Source of the DNA: a virus
Virus record (IMG/VR): IMGVR_UViG_3300048892_000198
Coordinates: 46,729-110,728 of that record
Direction: 5' to 3' (one strand)
DNA length: 64,000 nt
The notes under the pieces are model-generated. The model saw only the letters and a program-made list of their open reading frames with translations, made no database searches and had not been told where the DNA came from. How positions within the stretch are numbered: position 1 is the stretch's first letter; every line of letters begins with the position of its first letter. The translations under genes were made by a program, and so were the position numbers. Positions 19,671 through 28,954 of this stretch are shown piece by piece.

Positions 19671-19894
19671 AGGGCCTCTGGGGTAACGAGTACGGGTGGG
19701 TGCTTGGATTGACAGTCCACGCACCAGTCGTTCTGGTGGGGTTTGTCTTCTTCACTCATGGCTCCCTGGCACCAGCACACCTCGCGGTGACAGCTAGTGC
19801 ATTCGAAGACCTGGTGCTGGCGATAGCCGCAGTCGGTGACGCCTGAGATGCAGATGCGGCCGGGCTTTGGGAGAGGGGCGGGGATGGTGCTCAT
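19667..19894 (-). CDS. Cys-rich zinc-finger-like protein
   Basis: CTSC, CWC and CVDC. Confidence 0.55.
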   Translation of the reverse strand: MSTIPAPLPKPGRICISGVTDCGYRQHQVFECTSCHREVCWCQGAMSEEDKPHQNDWCVDCQSKHPPVLVTPEAL

Positions 19895-19909
19895 CGTGGG
19901 TAGGCCTTA

Positions 19910-20074
19910 TCAGTGCACCGGGCAGCGCATCAGGTCCGGTTTTCCGTTGAGCCACGAGATACTAAACGCGCAATGCTCGAGGCGCTTGATCCGGCGCTTG
20001 AGGCGCCAGCGCTCGACGGCGGCGTGAATGAACAAGAGCGCGGCAACGCCACCGAGCGCGGTCTCGGTCGTCAC
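19910..20074 (-). CDS. small hypothetical protein (54 aa)
   Basis: GTGA-coupled; below track cutoff. Confidence 0.45.
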   Translation of the reverse strand: MTTETALGGVAALLFIHAAVERWRLKRRIKRLEHCAFSISWLNGKPDLMRCPVH

Positions 20075-20328
20075 GAGATGGCCTTCTTGACTTGAAGGAT
20101 GGCGTGCTCGAGATCTTTTATCTCGCGCAGGATCCAGTCGCGATTCGTCTCGCGTTTGGAGACAGGCAACTCGGGATTGAAGCTATCCAGGGCAGAGTCG
20201 ATTCCCGCGTAGGGTTGCTCCATGAAAACGCGGAGGGTCTTCTGGGCGGCCTCGATGACTTCGGCGCATTCCTCGCTCAAGCGAGTGAGTTTTCCGCCGG
20301 ACGTCTTCGGTAGGTACTTCTTTTTCAC
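20071..20328 (-). CDS. MazG-like protein
   Basis: LTRLSEECAEVIEAAQK...ILREIKDL; GTG start with GAGG RBS. Confidence 0.6.
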   Translation of the reverse strand: MKKKYLPKTSGGKLTRLSEECAEVIEAAQKTLRVFMEQPYAGIDSALDSFNPELPVSKRETNRDWILREIKDLEHAILQVKKAIS

Positions 20329-20335
20329 GGCCGCC

Positions 20336-20593
20336 TCATGGGATCCCGAGTCCTTTTCTGATGGTGGCTTGCGCCGCGGCGTAGCCCTTGGCGTAAGCTT
20401 TCTCAAGCATACAGAGGAAATGCTGCTCGTTGCGGCGCGGATCGAAGTGCTGGGCCGCCCAGTCATTGTAGGGCTGGAGCAGGAGCACGTGGGTGTGTTC
20501 GTGTTTGCGCAGATGGAGCGTTTCGCCATATGCGTTGGAGTCTCGATACAGTCGGAAGTGCTCGCTGATAAGCTCAGGGTGGAGATCGCTCAT
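20336..20593 (-). CDS. hypothetical protein
   Basis: Coupled ORF. Confidence 0.55.
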   Translation of the reverse strand: MSDLHPELISEHFRLYRDSNAYGETLHLRKHEHTHVLLLQPYNDWAAQHFDPRRNEQHFLCMLEKAYAKGYAAAQATIRKGLGIP

Positions 20594-20775
20594 GGTCTTC
20601 GTCTTCTTTCAAACCACCCGCAGCGATGGCAGTAGCGGGCCCCGGTTTTGCTGTGGATGATCTTCGATCGCGGGTGCTTGCAGCCGGGGCAGCGCTCGCT
20701 CGGCTCGGCGCTCGGAAGCCCCGCGCCGCCGAGCGCGGCGGCCGCTAGGATCATGTTGAGCGCGCCGCGGGCCAT
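20590..20775 (-). CDS. small Zn-ribbon protein
   Basis: CPGC...CHRC. Confidence 0.55.
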   Translation of the reverse strand: MARGALNMILAAAALGGAGLPSAEPSERCPGCKHPRSKIIHSKTGARYCHRCGWFERRRRP

Positions 20776-21276
20776 TCAGTAATCCGTCGTGCACAAGAAT
20801 CCGCGCCCCTGACGATGAGCCCACTCGATCGCTGGCCTCGTCACGAGCACGATATGCGGGCCCTCCTCATCGGCCGGAGCAATCGTGCCAGATCCCGGAT
20901 GTCCGAGCCCGTAGCACTTGATGCGCAGGGGCTGATTATCCGAGAAGCGCGCCCAATCGAGCGAATCAATGGTGACCTCCTCGCCGATGGAGTCGGCATA
21001 TACGATTGCCGCGTCCTCGCAGGTGCGCGCGACGACGTAAGTCGCCTCCTCGTCCCAGAAGACGTGCAGTTTCTGATCCTCCGGGCGCCGGAGGTGCTCG
21101 ATGGCCGACAGCATCTCGGGGATCGAGGCGTCCGGCATCTCGAGCGCCTTCCGGAATGCATCGATCCCTGCGTTGTGCAGGGCTGACCAGTTGGCGTCGA
21201 GCTTCTCGTAGCCGGCTTTTACCTCGGCGAGCTCAGCAAGGACCGCGTGGATGTCAAATGTATTGGGCTCGGTCAT
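20776..21276 (-). CDS. hypothetical protein (C-terminal domain paralogous to 27615..27986)
   Basis: YVVARTCEDAA...GRGFLCTTDY. Confidence 0.65.
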   Translation of the reverse strand: MTEPNTFDIHAVLAELAEVKAGYEKLDANWSALHNAGIDAFRKALEMPDASIPEMLSAIEHLRRPEDQKLHVFWDEEATYVVARTCEDAAIVYADSIGEEVTIDSLDWARFSDNQPLRIKCYGLGHPGSGTIAPADEEGPHIVLVTRPAIEWAHRQGRGFLCTTDY

Positions 21277-21283
21277 TTGGCCT

Positions 21284-22417
21284 TTAGAGTTTTGGATAGG
21301 GGCCGCTCGCTGGCGCTGGCTCGAGTTCGTGCGCGTAGAACCATTGCCGACCCCGCACCAAGCCGTCGATCCGATACTGATCCCTCATCCCGTCGTTGAT
21401 TTCGACGACCTTAGCGACAGCAGCCCCCTTGACGACAACGGATTCACCGATCGCCGGAACCCACGCCATCAAGTATTGAGACAGGATGCGTGCGCCGCCT
21501 TTGAGTTCGATGAGGGAGTTGCTGTTGACATGCTCGACGCAGACGGGGGGCAGGTGCGGATCCGCTAAACGGACCCAGTCGCCTGCTTTCCATGGGTGAG
21601 TTGGCGCCGATGGCGCGTGCCGATCGGCGGGCTCGAGATCGGAGAGCGGTAGCAGGCGCTGGCAGCCTGCCAATCGTATATGGAAACGCATCCTCGGGGC
21701 ACCGAGCGGGAGCTCCGACCCGACCACCACGCCGTACTCAGGCACGATGGGGTTTCCGAGCGCACTCTTTACCTTCACGAACTCTTCCCCCACGACCGGG
21801 GCCCAGGGCTCGAGGAGGATGGGGTCGATCATGGAGCGATCGCGTCGATGCTCCTTGTCGGGTACGACCCAGGGAAACTCGTCGCCCGCGTCGATGATCT
21901 TGCCCACGCGGAATGGTCGCGCGCGCCCGTCCTTCCACTGCACCCAGTCCCCCTCCTTGAACGCACACAATGGGTCGGGCGTCGCCACCTCGGAAGCGTT
22001 GGCCTGCGATCCGAGGCCTTCGCTCGTCAGCCCCTGCTTGCCCCAGCAGTGAGACCAATCAATCGGATGCGGGATAGGCGCCGGCGGATTGTCGTTCTTG
22101 AAGCCGGGGATGAATTGCACACCGACCGTGTGCTCCTTGGCCGGCCGCCAGTTGAGCCCGCAGTACTGGCATCTGTGGGTGTGATGAGGCTTGGTCGCGA
22201 ACTCCCCCACGTCGATGTGCAGGTTGCCGCACCGCTCGCAGGGCAGGCGCATCGCGATGGGGGGATGAGAGGCGAGGCTGTCGAGGGTCGCAAGCGCATC
22301 GGTCACCGACCAATTAGCAACGATCCCAACCGGCACCTCAGCGAGGGCCTTGATGTATATCCGGAGTGCGGCAAACTTGCTGGAGATCATGGATTCGGTC
22401 ACGGCTGCCCGCTCCAT
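21284..22417 (-). CDS. Zn-ribbon plus duplicated SH3/Tudor-like module protein
   Basis: CERC...CQYC; FKEGDWV...WAPVVGE and WKAGDWV...WVPAIGE. Confidence 0.65.
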   Translation of the reverse strand: MERAAVTESMISSKFAALRIYIKALAEVPVGIVANWSVTDALATLDSLASHPPIAMRLPCERCGNLHIDVGEFATKPHHTHRCQYCGLNWRPAKEHTVGVQFIPGFKNDNPPAPIPHPIDWSHCWGKQGLTSEGLGSQANASEVATPDPLCAFKEGDWVQWKDGRARPFRVGKIIDAGDEFPWVVPDKEHRRDRSMIDPILLEPWAPVVGEEFVKVKSALGNPIVPEYGVVVGSELPLGAPRMRFHIRLAGCQRLLPLSDLEPADRHAPSAPTHPWKAGDWVRLADPHLPPVCVEHVNSNSLIELKGGARILSQYLMAWVPAIGESVVVKGAAVAKVVEINDGMRDQYRIDGLVRGRQWFYAHELEPAPASGPYPKL

Positions 22418-22929
22418 TCGTGGCAGTCGGCGACGTTGACGCGGTGGTCATATCCGGTCTCGCACTCGAAGTCGTGCACGAGCCAGATGTCGCCCATGCG
22501 GGATGCCCCGGTGACGCGGTAGCGTCCGGCGCGCTTCCCGCCGCCCACCGTGTCCTTGAACGTGCAGAACAGCCGGTGGTGTATCATGAACGGCCAAAAG
22601 TCCCTCTGGCACACGGCGCTCCGCCGGAAGTAATCGAGCACGAAGCGCGCGTACTGATCGCCCAGGTGGTGATCGATGAAGTCATCGACGTGCACGAAGT
22701 CCCCTGGTCGCTCAGGGGGGCCATTCGGCTTGAGGTTTACGCGACAGCTCTCACATACGCCGATGAGAAGCACGAGTTTGCCGCTCAGTTGGATGGAGGT
22801 GCTCCAATCGACTCCGCGGGACTTACGGCAGAACAGGCACTCGAGCTCGCGCTCAGTTAGGGCGACGGGCTGCTGCTTTGTCAGATAGAGCTCGACGCAC
22901 ATGGATTCTTCTTCGAGGGTCTCGGTCAT
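22399..22929 (-). CDS. hypothetical protein
   Basis: CLFC/CESC; YRVTGASRMGDIWL...GYDHRV. Confidence 0.65.
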   Translation of the reverse strand: MTETLEEESMCVELYLTKQQPVALTERELECLFCRKSRGVDWSTSIQLSGKLVLLIGVCESCRVNLKPNGPPERPGDFVHVDDFIDHHLGDQYARFVLDYFRRSAVCQRDFWPFMIHHRLFCTFKDTVGGGKRAGRYRVTGASRMGDIWLVHDFECETGYDHRVNVADCHEWSGQP

Positions 22930-23240
22930 GGGATCTCCTTGGGGGCAGGGATTGGGAATACGGATTTCGCCATCATGGCGTCGGCGATCTCGAAGGCGCG
23001 CGTCGCGATGGCATCGGGCGCAGTCGGCCGCATCTCGCGGCTGAGTTGCATATCTGCGGTCGCGATTGCTGCCGCCGCTAGCAGCTTTCGCTCAGTGTAG
23101 CGAGCCGACTCGAGTCGCTGGTTTAGTTCCCAGACGTAGCGCTCGCGCTCTTGCCTGTCGGTGCACCAACAGTCCAAGCACCGGGTGTTTTCGGCCGGCA
23201 CCATCACCTGGTTGCAGCCGCCGCATTTGACCCAGCTCAC
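22926..23240 (-). CDS. hypothetical protein
   Basis: Zn knuckle; AFEIADAMM motif. Confidence 0.6.
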   Translation of the reverse strand: MSWVKCGGCNQVMVPAENTRCLDCWCTDRQERERYVWELNQRLESARYTERKLLAAAAIATADMQLSREMRPTAPDAIATRAFEIADAMMAKSVFPIPAPKEIP

Positions 23241-24394
23241 TTGGATCCCTTCGGCGGGGGAGAGGCGATCTCCGAGATGAGGAGCACCATGGCGAGGAGG
23301 GTTTCGTTCTTGAGGAAGAGCGAGGGGCAGTCGTAGACGATGTCGTAGTAGAGATCGATCTCGGTCGGGGTAAACGATTTGACTGCCTGGCTCAGGTAGT
23401 CGGCGTTGACGTGGAGCTTGAAGCTCCCGGGCTCGGAGTCGACGACGGTGAGCTCGTCCTCGCCCTGGCTCCGCTCGCTCTTTCGAGTCGTGATCATGAC
23501 GACGCCGTCGGTGCAGGTGAGATCGATCTGCACGAAAGCGTCCTTGCCCTCCACGAAGTCGCTACCGGCGCTGACTGCCCGCACGCTCTCGAGCAGTGTC
23601 TCGCTCGAGACGCGGAAACGACGCTTGACGGGCACGCCCTCGGATAGCTGCTTCCATACCTGCGGGAACGGGCGCGCGAGCGGGGTTGCGCGGATACGAA
23701 TGCCGGGGGCGCTGGCGAAGATCTTGTGCTGATCGCGCGCGAGCGTGATGACGTGGTCTTTGGGCACCCCGCGCAAGGCCTCAAGCAGGTTGCGCGGCAG
23801 GAGGCACTCTTCGGCTGAGCCTCGCTCGGTAAACCAGCCCAAAGCCCGAGCCATCGCATGCCCGTTGACGGTCACCATTTTGAACCAAGCGTTGTCCCCT
23901 GGTGCGATGAGCGCGCCCGCGGGCATCTCGTCGCCCTTCGAGTCCATCGCGAACGCCACTTCGCTTGCGGCCTGGAGCAAGATCTTGGCCTCGACCGAAT
24001 AGAGTGGCGTGGGCTTTCCGGTGCTCGTGACGGGTGGGAAGTCACTCGGATCGAGAGCCGTCATCAAGAACTTTCTCTTGCTCGCGCTCGACTTGATCGT
24101 GACCTTGAACTTCGCGTCCACCGTGATCTCCACGTATCCTTCGGGGAGCTCATTGACGCGCGCCGACAGCTGAGCGTGGTTGAGGGCGGCCTTGCCTGCA
24201 GTCTTCACCTCGGCCTTGGCGTCGATGACGATGTCGAGCTGTCCGTCGGTCGTGGTGAAGAAGGCGAAGCCCTGGGCTACGCCGGCTTCGATGAGCAGGC
24301 ATTGGCGCACGCTCACCATGTCGGATTTGTTGATGGCCGCGCCCGAGCGCTTGAGGACAGAGAGGAGTTCTTGGCGACTGATGACGATTTGCAT
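23237..24394 (-). CDS. dnaN: DNA polymerase III beta sliding clamp (divergent)
   Basis: MQIVISRQELL...CLLIEA...TTDGQLDI...DPSDFP...VAFAM...FPQVW...VNADYL; about 385 aa. Confidence 0.85.
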   Translation of the reverse strand: MQIVISRQELLSVLKRSGAAINKSDMVSVRQCLLIEAGVAQGFAFFTTTDGQLDIVIDAKAEVKTAGKAALNHAQLSARVNELPEGYVEITVDAKFKVTIKSSASKRKFLMTALDPSDFPPVTSTGKPTPLYSVEAKILLQAASEVAFAMDSKGDEMPAGALIAPGDNAWFKMVTVNGHAMARALGWFTERGSAEECLLPRNLLEALRGVPKDHVITLARDQHKIFASAPGIRIRATPLARPFPQVWKQLSEGVPVKRRFRVSSETLLESVRAVSAGSDFVEGKDAFVQIDLTCTDGVVMITTRKSERSQGEDELTVVDSEPGSFKLHVNADYLSQAVKSFTPTEIDLYYDIVYDCPSLFLKNETLLAMVLLISEIASPPPKGSK

Positions 24395-24408
24395 GATGGA
24401 TCCTTGAG

Positions 24409-24936
24409 TCAGAGAGCGCCGAGCTCGGCGCGGTCGATGTATTCGCAATAAGCAACAGTGGGTGGACTCGGGTTGAGGTAGACGAGCGCGTCGCCGCCGA
24501 CATTCACGTACTGCACGTGCGGATCGAGACCGAAGTACTTCACCTCGGCGAAGCGCTGGAACTCCCCCTGCAGGCGTTCCCTCTCGTCCCGTAAGACGCG
24601 GTGCTTGTCGGCGCAGGCTACGGAGCAGAAGATGTCATCGCCGTCGTCGCGCACGAAGCCGTCGGTCTCGAGCCCGGTGTGCTGGTAACACTGTCCGCAC
24701 TCGAAGGTCCACCCGTTCTCGAGCATCCAAGCGAGGAGATCTCCATGGAACCCGTCGAGCTGCGGGTAGCGCTCGCATTCCACCTCCTCGAACGACAGCT
24801 CCAGCGCCTCGGCGCCGAGGCGCTTGGCCTGCAAGCCATGATCGCACCAGACGATGTGGCTCCTCTCATCGTCGGAGATCTTCCAGGCTTTGATCGCGAG
24901 CGGGTGGGCGTACGTGCCCATGTCCATGAGGGTCAT
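24409..24936 (-). CDS. hypothetical protein with Cys motif
   Basis: GWTFECGQC...FCSVAC. Confidence 0.65.
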   Translation of the reverse strand: MTLMDMGTYAHPLAIKAWKISDDERSHIVWCDHGLQAKRLGAEALELSFEEVECERYPQLDGFHGDLLAWMLENGWTFECGQCYQHTGLETDGFVRDDGDDIFCSVACADKHRVLRDERERLQGEFQRFAEVKYFGLDPHVQYVNVGGDALVYLNPSPPTVAYCEYIDRAELGAL

Positions 24937-25151
24937 CGCGGCGGCGCCTCCTTCGCGTAACGCGCGCCCTCGAGCGCCAGGATCGTCATGTGAAAGATCT
25001 CATGATCGGCCAGTCCTTGGTTTGCCAGCGCGCCCACGGCATAGGCCAGGACAGCGATGAAGAGATCTTTGGAGGGCCCTTCTCGCTCCACAGTTGCGGT
25101 GAGATCCGTGTGGATACGGATGAACAATTCCCGCTGGTCAGGAGTCATCAT
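24933..25151 (-). CDS. hypothetical protein
   Basis: Coupled ORF. Confidence 0.55.
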   Translation of the reverse strand: MMTPDQRELFIRIHTDLTATVEREGPSKDLFIAVLAYAVGALANQGLADHEIFHMTILALEGARYAKEAPPR

Positions 25152-25351
25152 CGCCGCTCTGCCTCGCGCAATAGCTCTTTGACGGTGGACTCATGCGCGG
25201 CGAGATCTTCGGTCAAGCGCGCGATCTTGTCTCGGTGATGCATGAGCAGTCGGCTCCGGCAGTTGTTGCAGTAGAGATTGGCCTCGTGCTGCGTCTTCTT
25301 CCCGCAGTCAGTCATGTCGCCGTTGTCCCACACTCGCGCGATGCAACTCAT
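25148..25351 (-). CDS. small Cys-containing coiled-coil protein
   Basis: Coupled ORF. Confidence 0.55.
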   Translation of the reverse strand: MSCIARVWDNGDMTDCGKKTQHEANLYCNNCRSRLLMHHRDKIARLTEDLAAHESTVKELLREAERR

Positions 25352-25701
25352 GCTCGTTTCTCCTCAACCGGGGTGCTGTCTTCCCACGCACTCAAGAAAG
25401 CGTGTTGGTAGTTTCTGATGGTCTTGTGAAAGGTCCGCACTTCCTCGCGGAGCTTGCCGGCAGAGTAGGGCAGATCCTGATCGAGGGCGAGTTCGCAGAT
25501 GCGATGGCAGCTCCGGATGCGCTCGCACTTTTGGCATAGGACGTACCGGGACCAGCGACCACGATCGAAGGTGCTGAGGTAGATGTAGATCTCGCCCGGC
25601 TGAATCGGGATCGGGCACTCGGCGCAGGTGTGCGCGCGTCGTGCCTTCTGGCGATGCACGGTGCCGGGGCGTTGGGACGCGGGGAGATCGTCGTCAGCCA
25701 T
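25348..25701 (-). CDS. Zn-binding phage protein (paralog of 27228..27611)
   Basis: KARRAHTCAEC...IQPGEIY...CQKC. Confidence 0.7.
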   Translation of the reverse strand: MADDDLPASQRPGTVHRQKARRAHTCAECPIPIQPGEIYIYLSTFDRGRWSRYVLCQKCERIRSCHRICELALDQDLPYSAGKLREEVRTFHKTIRNYQHAFLSAWEDSTPVEEKRA

Positions 25702-25927
25702 TCTCGTCGCCCGTTGGCCCCCCGAACGCCAGCCACAGCGCCTCCTCTTCCTCAGTGGCCTTTCGCGACGAGCACCCGAACCCCGACTCCCACTCGCCGC
25801 CTTGTCGGTATGCGGCAGAGCCGCCGTCCATCACGAAGGTGTATCCGCAGTAAACGAATACGGTCAGGCCTCGAGCTTCGGCGAAGGCCCTCACTGCCTC
25901 AAGCCCTTGCGAGGTGAAGTGAATCAT
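25694..25927 (-). CDS. hypothetical protein
   Basis: AAGGAG RBS region. Confidence 0.55.
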   Translation of the reverse strand: MIHFTSQGLEAVRAFAEARGLTVFVYCGYTFVMDGGSAAYRQGGEWESGFGCSSRKATEEEEALWLAFGGPTGDENG

Positions 25928-25945
25928 CGGTCCCGCTCCTTGTCG

Positions 25946-26464
25946 TCAGTCATGGGACACCAGCCCATCGCCCGGCTCGAGCCCTGCCCAGGCTAATTCG
26001 GCCAGCACGAGCATGCGAGCGACGTAGATCTCCGCGTGCTCCATGGCGTCTTCCGCCCGCGCGAACTCCCGCGTCGTCTCGGAAAGAGGACGAGATCCGC
26101 ACACGCTCTCGACGATCCAGAACGTCCTCTGTCCACGATTTACGATCCCGCATCGCTTCACGGTTGCGCGGAGCGGACCGATCTTGGCGCTGTAACGTCG
26201 GTGACTATCTCGGTGCCAATGCAGGCGGAGTGGCGCCATTGGCTGGAGCCCATCCTTGAGCCGCTCGCGGCCCTCAGCGGTGATCGTGTACCCGACTCGT
26301 TGCATGTCGCTCTCGGTGTGCCGCGCGTATCCGAGCACGGCCAAGGACTCGAGCGTGCGTCCGTTACGGTGCGGAAAGTACCAGGCCCCGTCTGAGTTCT
26401 GGTTGGGCTCGGAGAGCTCGCCGAGGATGCGCCATTGAGCATCGGAAAGGCGCGGGCGCTTCAT
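25946..26464 (-). CDS. hypothetical protein with wHTH-like N-terminus
   Basis: LSDAQWRIL...TLESLAVLGY...YTITAEGR. Confidence 0.6.
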   Translation of the reverse strand: MKRPRLSDAQWRILGELSEPNQNSDGAWYFPHRNGRTLESLAVLGYARHTESDMQRVGYTITAEGRERLKDGLQPMAPLRLHWHRDSHRRYSAKIGPLRATVKRCGIVNRGQRTFWIVESVCGSRPLSETTREFARAEDAMEHAEIYVARMLVLAELAWAGLEPGDGLVSHD

Positions 26465-27231
26465 GGCGTCCTCAGGAACTGCTCGTCCCGCTTGGCAACG
26501 GCGCTCCGCGGCCCGGCCGCGCGCAGCACCGCAGGCAATAGGTCATGGGCGTCGATGTCTCCATAGATGCCCGAGGCGTACGTCTGGTTGGCTTCGACGA
26601 CGGCCCAGCCGCGCCCTTCGATGATGCCCACGTCGAGCACGACCGATGACGGCAGGCGGTCGACCTCGCTGGCGAGTACTTCCTCAGCGAAGGCGATGGC
26701 TGAGGTGCGAGTGGCGTCTTCGTCGCGCTCGCCGACGAAGCGATAGAACTCGGCCGACAAGATCTTGCCGTCGAGTACGTGGCACCGATATTCCACCTCG
26801 AACGACACGACCTCGGACACCAAGATCGGGCAATCGTTGTCGATGTGGCGGAGGTGCAGATCTGCGCCGCGCTCGAAGATCCCCTTCTCGAAGACCTTGT
26901 CGTTGGCGGGCTTGAAGAACAACCGCCGATCGAACCGGTGCACGCGCCACTTGTCGGTCAGGACGACCTCACGCTTCAGGAAGTGCTCTGGCAGGTAAGG
27001 CAGCCAATCATTCGGGGGCTCGAGGAGCCCGAGCCCCGCCCGCTCGGCCATGATGTCGCAAAACGTCATCTCCCCGAACGCACACAAGACTTCGGGCCTC
27101 GGATCGGGCAGCCTAAAGCGAAGGCACCGATGCACGCCCCAGCCGGCCTTCAGCGCGGCCTGCCAGATCGCTTGCGAGTCCTGGCTGAAGCGCTGCGAGA
27201 GCAAGATCGTGGGGTTCCTCGCGGTCGTCAT
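26461..27231 (-). CDS. ATP-grasp domain protein (R2K clade/DUF4343-like)
   Basis: LPEHFLKREV; FFKPANDKVF; VSEVVSFEVEYRCHV; VLDVG...WAVVEAN...SGIYG. Confidence 0.8.
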   Translation of the reverse strand: MTTARNPTILLSQRFSQDSQAIWQAALKAGWGVHRCLRFRLPDPRPEVLCAFGEMTFCDIMAERAGLGLLEPPNDWLPYLPEHFLKREVVLTDKWRVHRFDRRLFFKPANDKVFEKGIFERGADLHLRHIDNDCPILVSEVVSFEVEYRCHVLDGKILSAEFYRFVGERDEDATRTSAIAFAEEVLASEVDRLPSSVVLDVGIIEGRGWAVVEANQTYASGIYGDIDAHDLLPAVLRAAGPRSAVAKRDEQFLRTP

Positions 27232-27611
27232 CCCATCACCGTGCTGTATTCGCGCCGGTCCGGCGTCGGGGGCTTCTTCGGGACGGGCAGGCCCTTCCAT
27301 GCCGCCCGAAATGCGACGACGTAGTGTGGCTCTTCCTGGATGCACTCCCTGACCTGCTCGAGGAGGGAGCCTACGTAGTAGCTCGAACTCCCGCCCATGG
27401 CGTGCTCGGCTTTCGCGTGCGTCACTTCCACGCGATGGCATTTCTCGCATGCCGCCCAAGCGCTCCAGCTGCCGTCGCTGAGTGACGCACAACGCCAATA
27501 GAGCGTGCCCTTCGGGATGAGGTGCCCGCACTCTGAGCATCGGTGCGCCTTCCGCGCCCGCCGCTGCTCAGAGTGGGTCGCGACAGGGGGATTGTCGATG
27601 CCTTCGCACAT
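27228..27611 (-). CDS. Zn-binding phage protein (paralog of 25348..25701)
   Basis: RARKAHRCSECGHLIPKGTLY...CEKC. Confidence 0.7.
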   Translation of the reverse strand: MCEGIDNPPVATHSEQRRARKAHRCSECGHLIPKGTLYWRCASLSDGSWSAWAACEKCHRVEVTHAKAEHAMGGSSSYYVGSLLEQVRECIQEEPHYVVAFRAAWKGLPVPKKPPTPDRREYSTVMG

Positions 27612-27614
27612 GGG

Positions 27615-27986
27615 TCAGTCCTCCGTGGTTGAGGCGAGGTAGCCGGGGCCGAAGCGGTCCACGAGCTCGCGCGCTGAGCAGCTGTCGGGCAGCACTTCCG
27701 TGGGGCCACCAGCCGCGTCGATTTCTCCGAGCGTCATGATCCCAAGGATGGAGGCGCAATCGCTCGTGGTGTCCTTGTCGAGGTAGAGCTCGACCTCGGC
27801 ATCATCCCGGAGCTGCACGAAGTCGTTGCCCGAGCAGGACTCGTCGAAGTGTTCATGCCAGCGGCGAGCGGCGTCGGGGGCGCTCCAGGCCACGACGTAG
27901 TCGCCGTGGCCGAAAAAAAGAAAGAGAAGAGGTCGAGGAGAGGCGGTTGGTAGTTTGAACGCTGGCGGGCGATTGGAGTCGGTCAT
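27615..27986 (-). CDS. hypothetical protein (paralog of 20776..21276)
   Basis: YVVAWSAPDAA...GPGYLASTTED. Confidence 0.6.
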   Translation of the reverse strand: MTDSNRPPAFKLPTASPRPLLFLFFGHGDYVVAWSAPDAARRWHEHFDESCSGNDFVQLRDDAEVELYLDKDTTSDCASILGIMTLGEIDAAGGPTEVLPDSCSARELVDRFGPGYLASTTED

Positions 27987-28261
27987 GGTTTGGTTTTGCC
28001 TTTTGGGAGGGGTTGCATCGTATCCGGATCGATGTTGGCCTCGCGGCACTCGCGTCGGTAGTCCCGCACCTGCACGGCATCGTCGACCCGCTGACACGCT
28101 TTGCAGGTCGCCGAGTCGACGAGGTCATTGGGGCCGATGATGGCAAGCTCGCGCACACGCCAGTACTTCACGCCGCGCACAGTGATCTGCTTCCGCGATT
28201 TGCCGCAGTAGGTCAGGCCGCGGGCGGCATTGTAGAGATGGGTGGTGACGGGCTTGGCCAT
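27983..28261 (-). CDS. hypothetical protein, first gene of the leftward operon
   Basis: H...CG...CKAC; directly follows the promoter-like motif. Confidence 0.6.
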   Translation of the reverse strand: MAKPVTTHLYNAARGLTYCGKSRKQITVRGVKYWRVRELAIIGPNDLVDSATCKACQRVDDAVQVRDYRRECREANIDPDTMQPLPKGKTKP

Positions 28262-28266
28262 CGGTG

Positions 28267-28300
28267 AGGTGCTACGTGACGGGCCCAGGAGATCTTCCCT
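28267..28300 (-). promoter_or_regulatory. bipartite promoter-like motif, copy 2
   Basis: AGGGAAGATC-N14-CGTAGCACCT, 5 nt before ATG 28261. Confidence 0.65.
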
Positions 28301-28325
28301 GCGGAAAGAGTGGAGAGATAGTTCG

Positions 28326-28355
28326 TTGACAGTTTTGAGATAGCAGTGCTAGCTT
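28326..28355 (+). promoter_or_regulatory. sigma70-like promoter of the rightward operon
   Basis: TTGACA-N18-TAGCTT at the strand switch. Confidence 0.65.
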
Positions 28356-28618
28356 CCGCCGTCGAGACAGAAATGGCCATCCCCGATCCGCTTCCAGAGA
28401 CACTGCCTGAAGGAACTACGGCGCTCGGTGGCGCAATGGCCCTGGTGGGCGGCAGGGGCTCTTTGCGCCGCGCAGGTCCCGTCGCCTGGTACTCCGGCCC
28501 TTGGGTTTCGACAGTGGGCATCGACTTGCGGGATGCTCCGCTGCTCATGGGCCCGCGCGAAGTAGACTGGTCGGAGGAAGATCTAGCGGCCTCGCGGGGT
28601 ACCAGTGAGGGACAGACC

Positions 28619-28954
28619 ATGAGCAACGAATCCGCTGAGCAAGCATCGGTCGCGCGAGAAGAGCGAGTGCTCGAGATCTTGGGTGGCCTCAAGGGTTGGC
28701 CGCTCGACAAGCGCGAGACGTTGGTGGCGTTCAACATGATGGGGCTGACGAGCCGGCTCCAGCCGCTCCAGGTGGAGAGCGCTGAGCATCAGAAACTCGT
28801 TGTCACGCTGGCAATCAAACTAGCGGAGTTGACGATCATGGAGGGAGAGCGGTCGCAGAGCGCGCTTGCCCAAGCATGGGAAGAGGGAAAGTATCAAGGT
28901 GAGGGCGAGGCAGTCGGAGGGCTCAGCCGGTCCCCGAATCCGTACAAGCTATGA
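28619..28954 (+). CDS. hypothetical protein (start could be 28373)
   Basis: GAGGG RBS; AWEEG...NPY C-terminal motif. Confidence 0.6.
   Translation: MSNESAEQASVAREERVLEILGGLKGWPLDKRETLVAFNMMGLTSRLQPLQVESAEHQKLVVTLAIKLAELTIMEGERSQSALAQAWEEGKYQGEGEAVGGLSRSPNPYKL

Noticed and set aside
20886-20917. Fourth CGTAGCAC match
   Set aside because: It is antisense inside a gene, the upstream half lacks GGGAAG, and the spacing is off by one.
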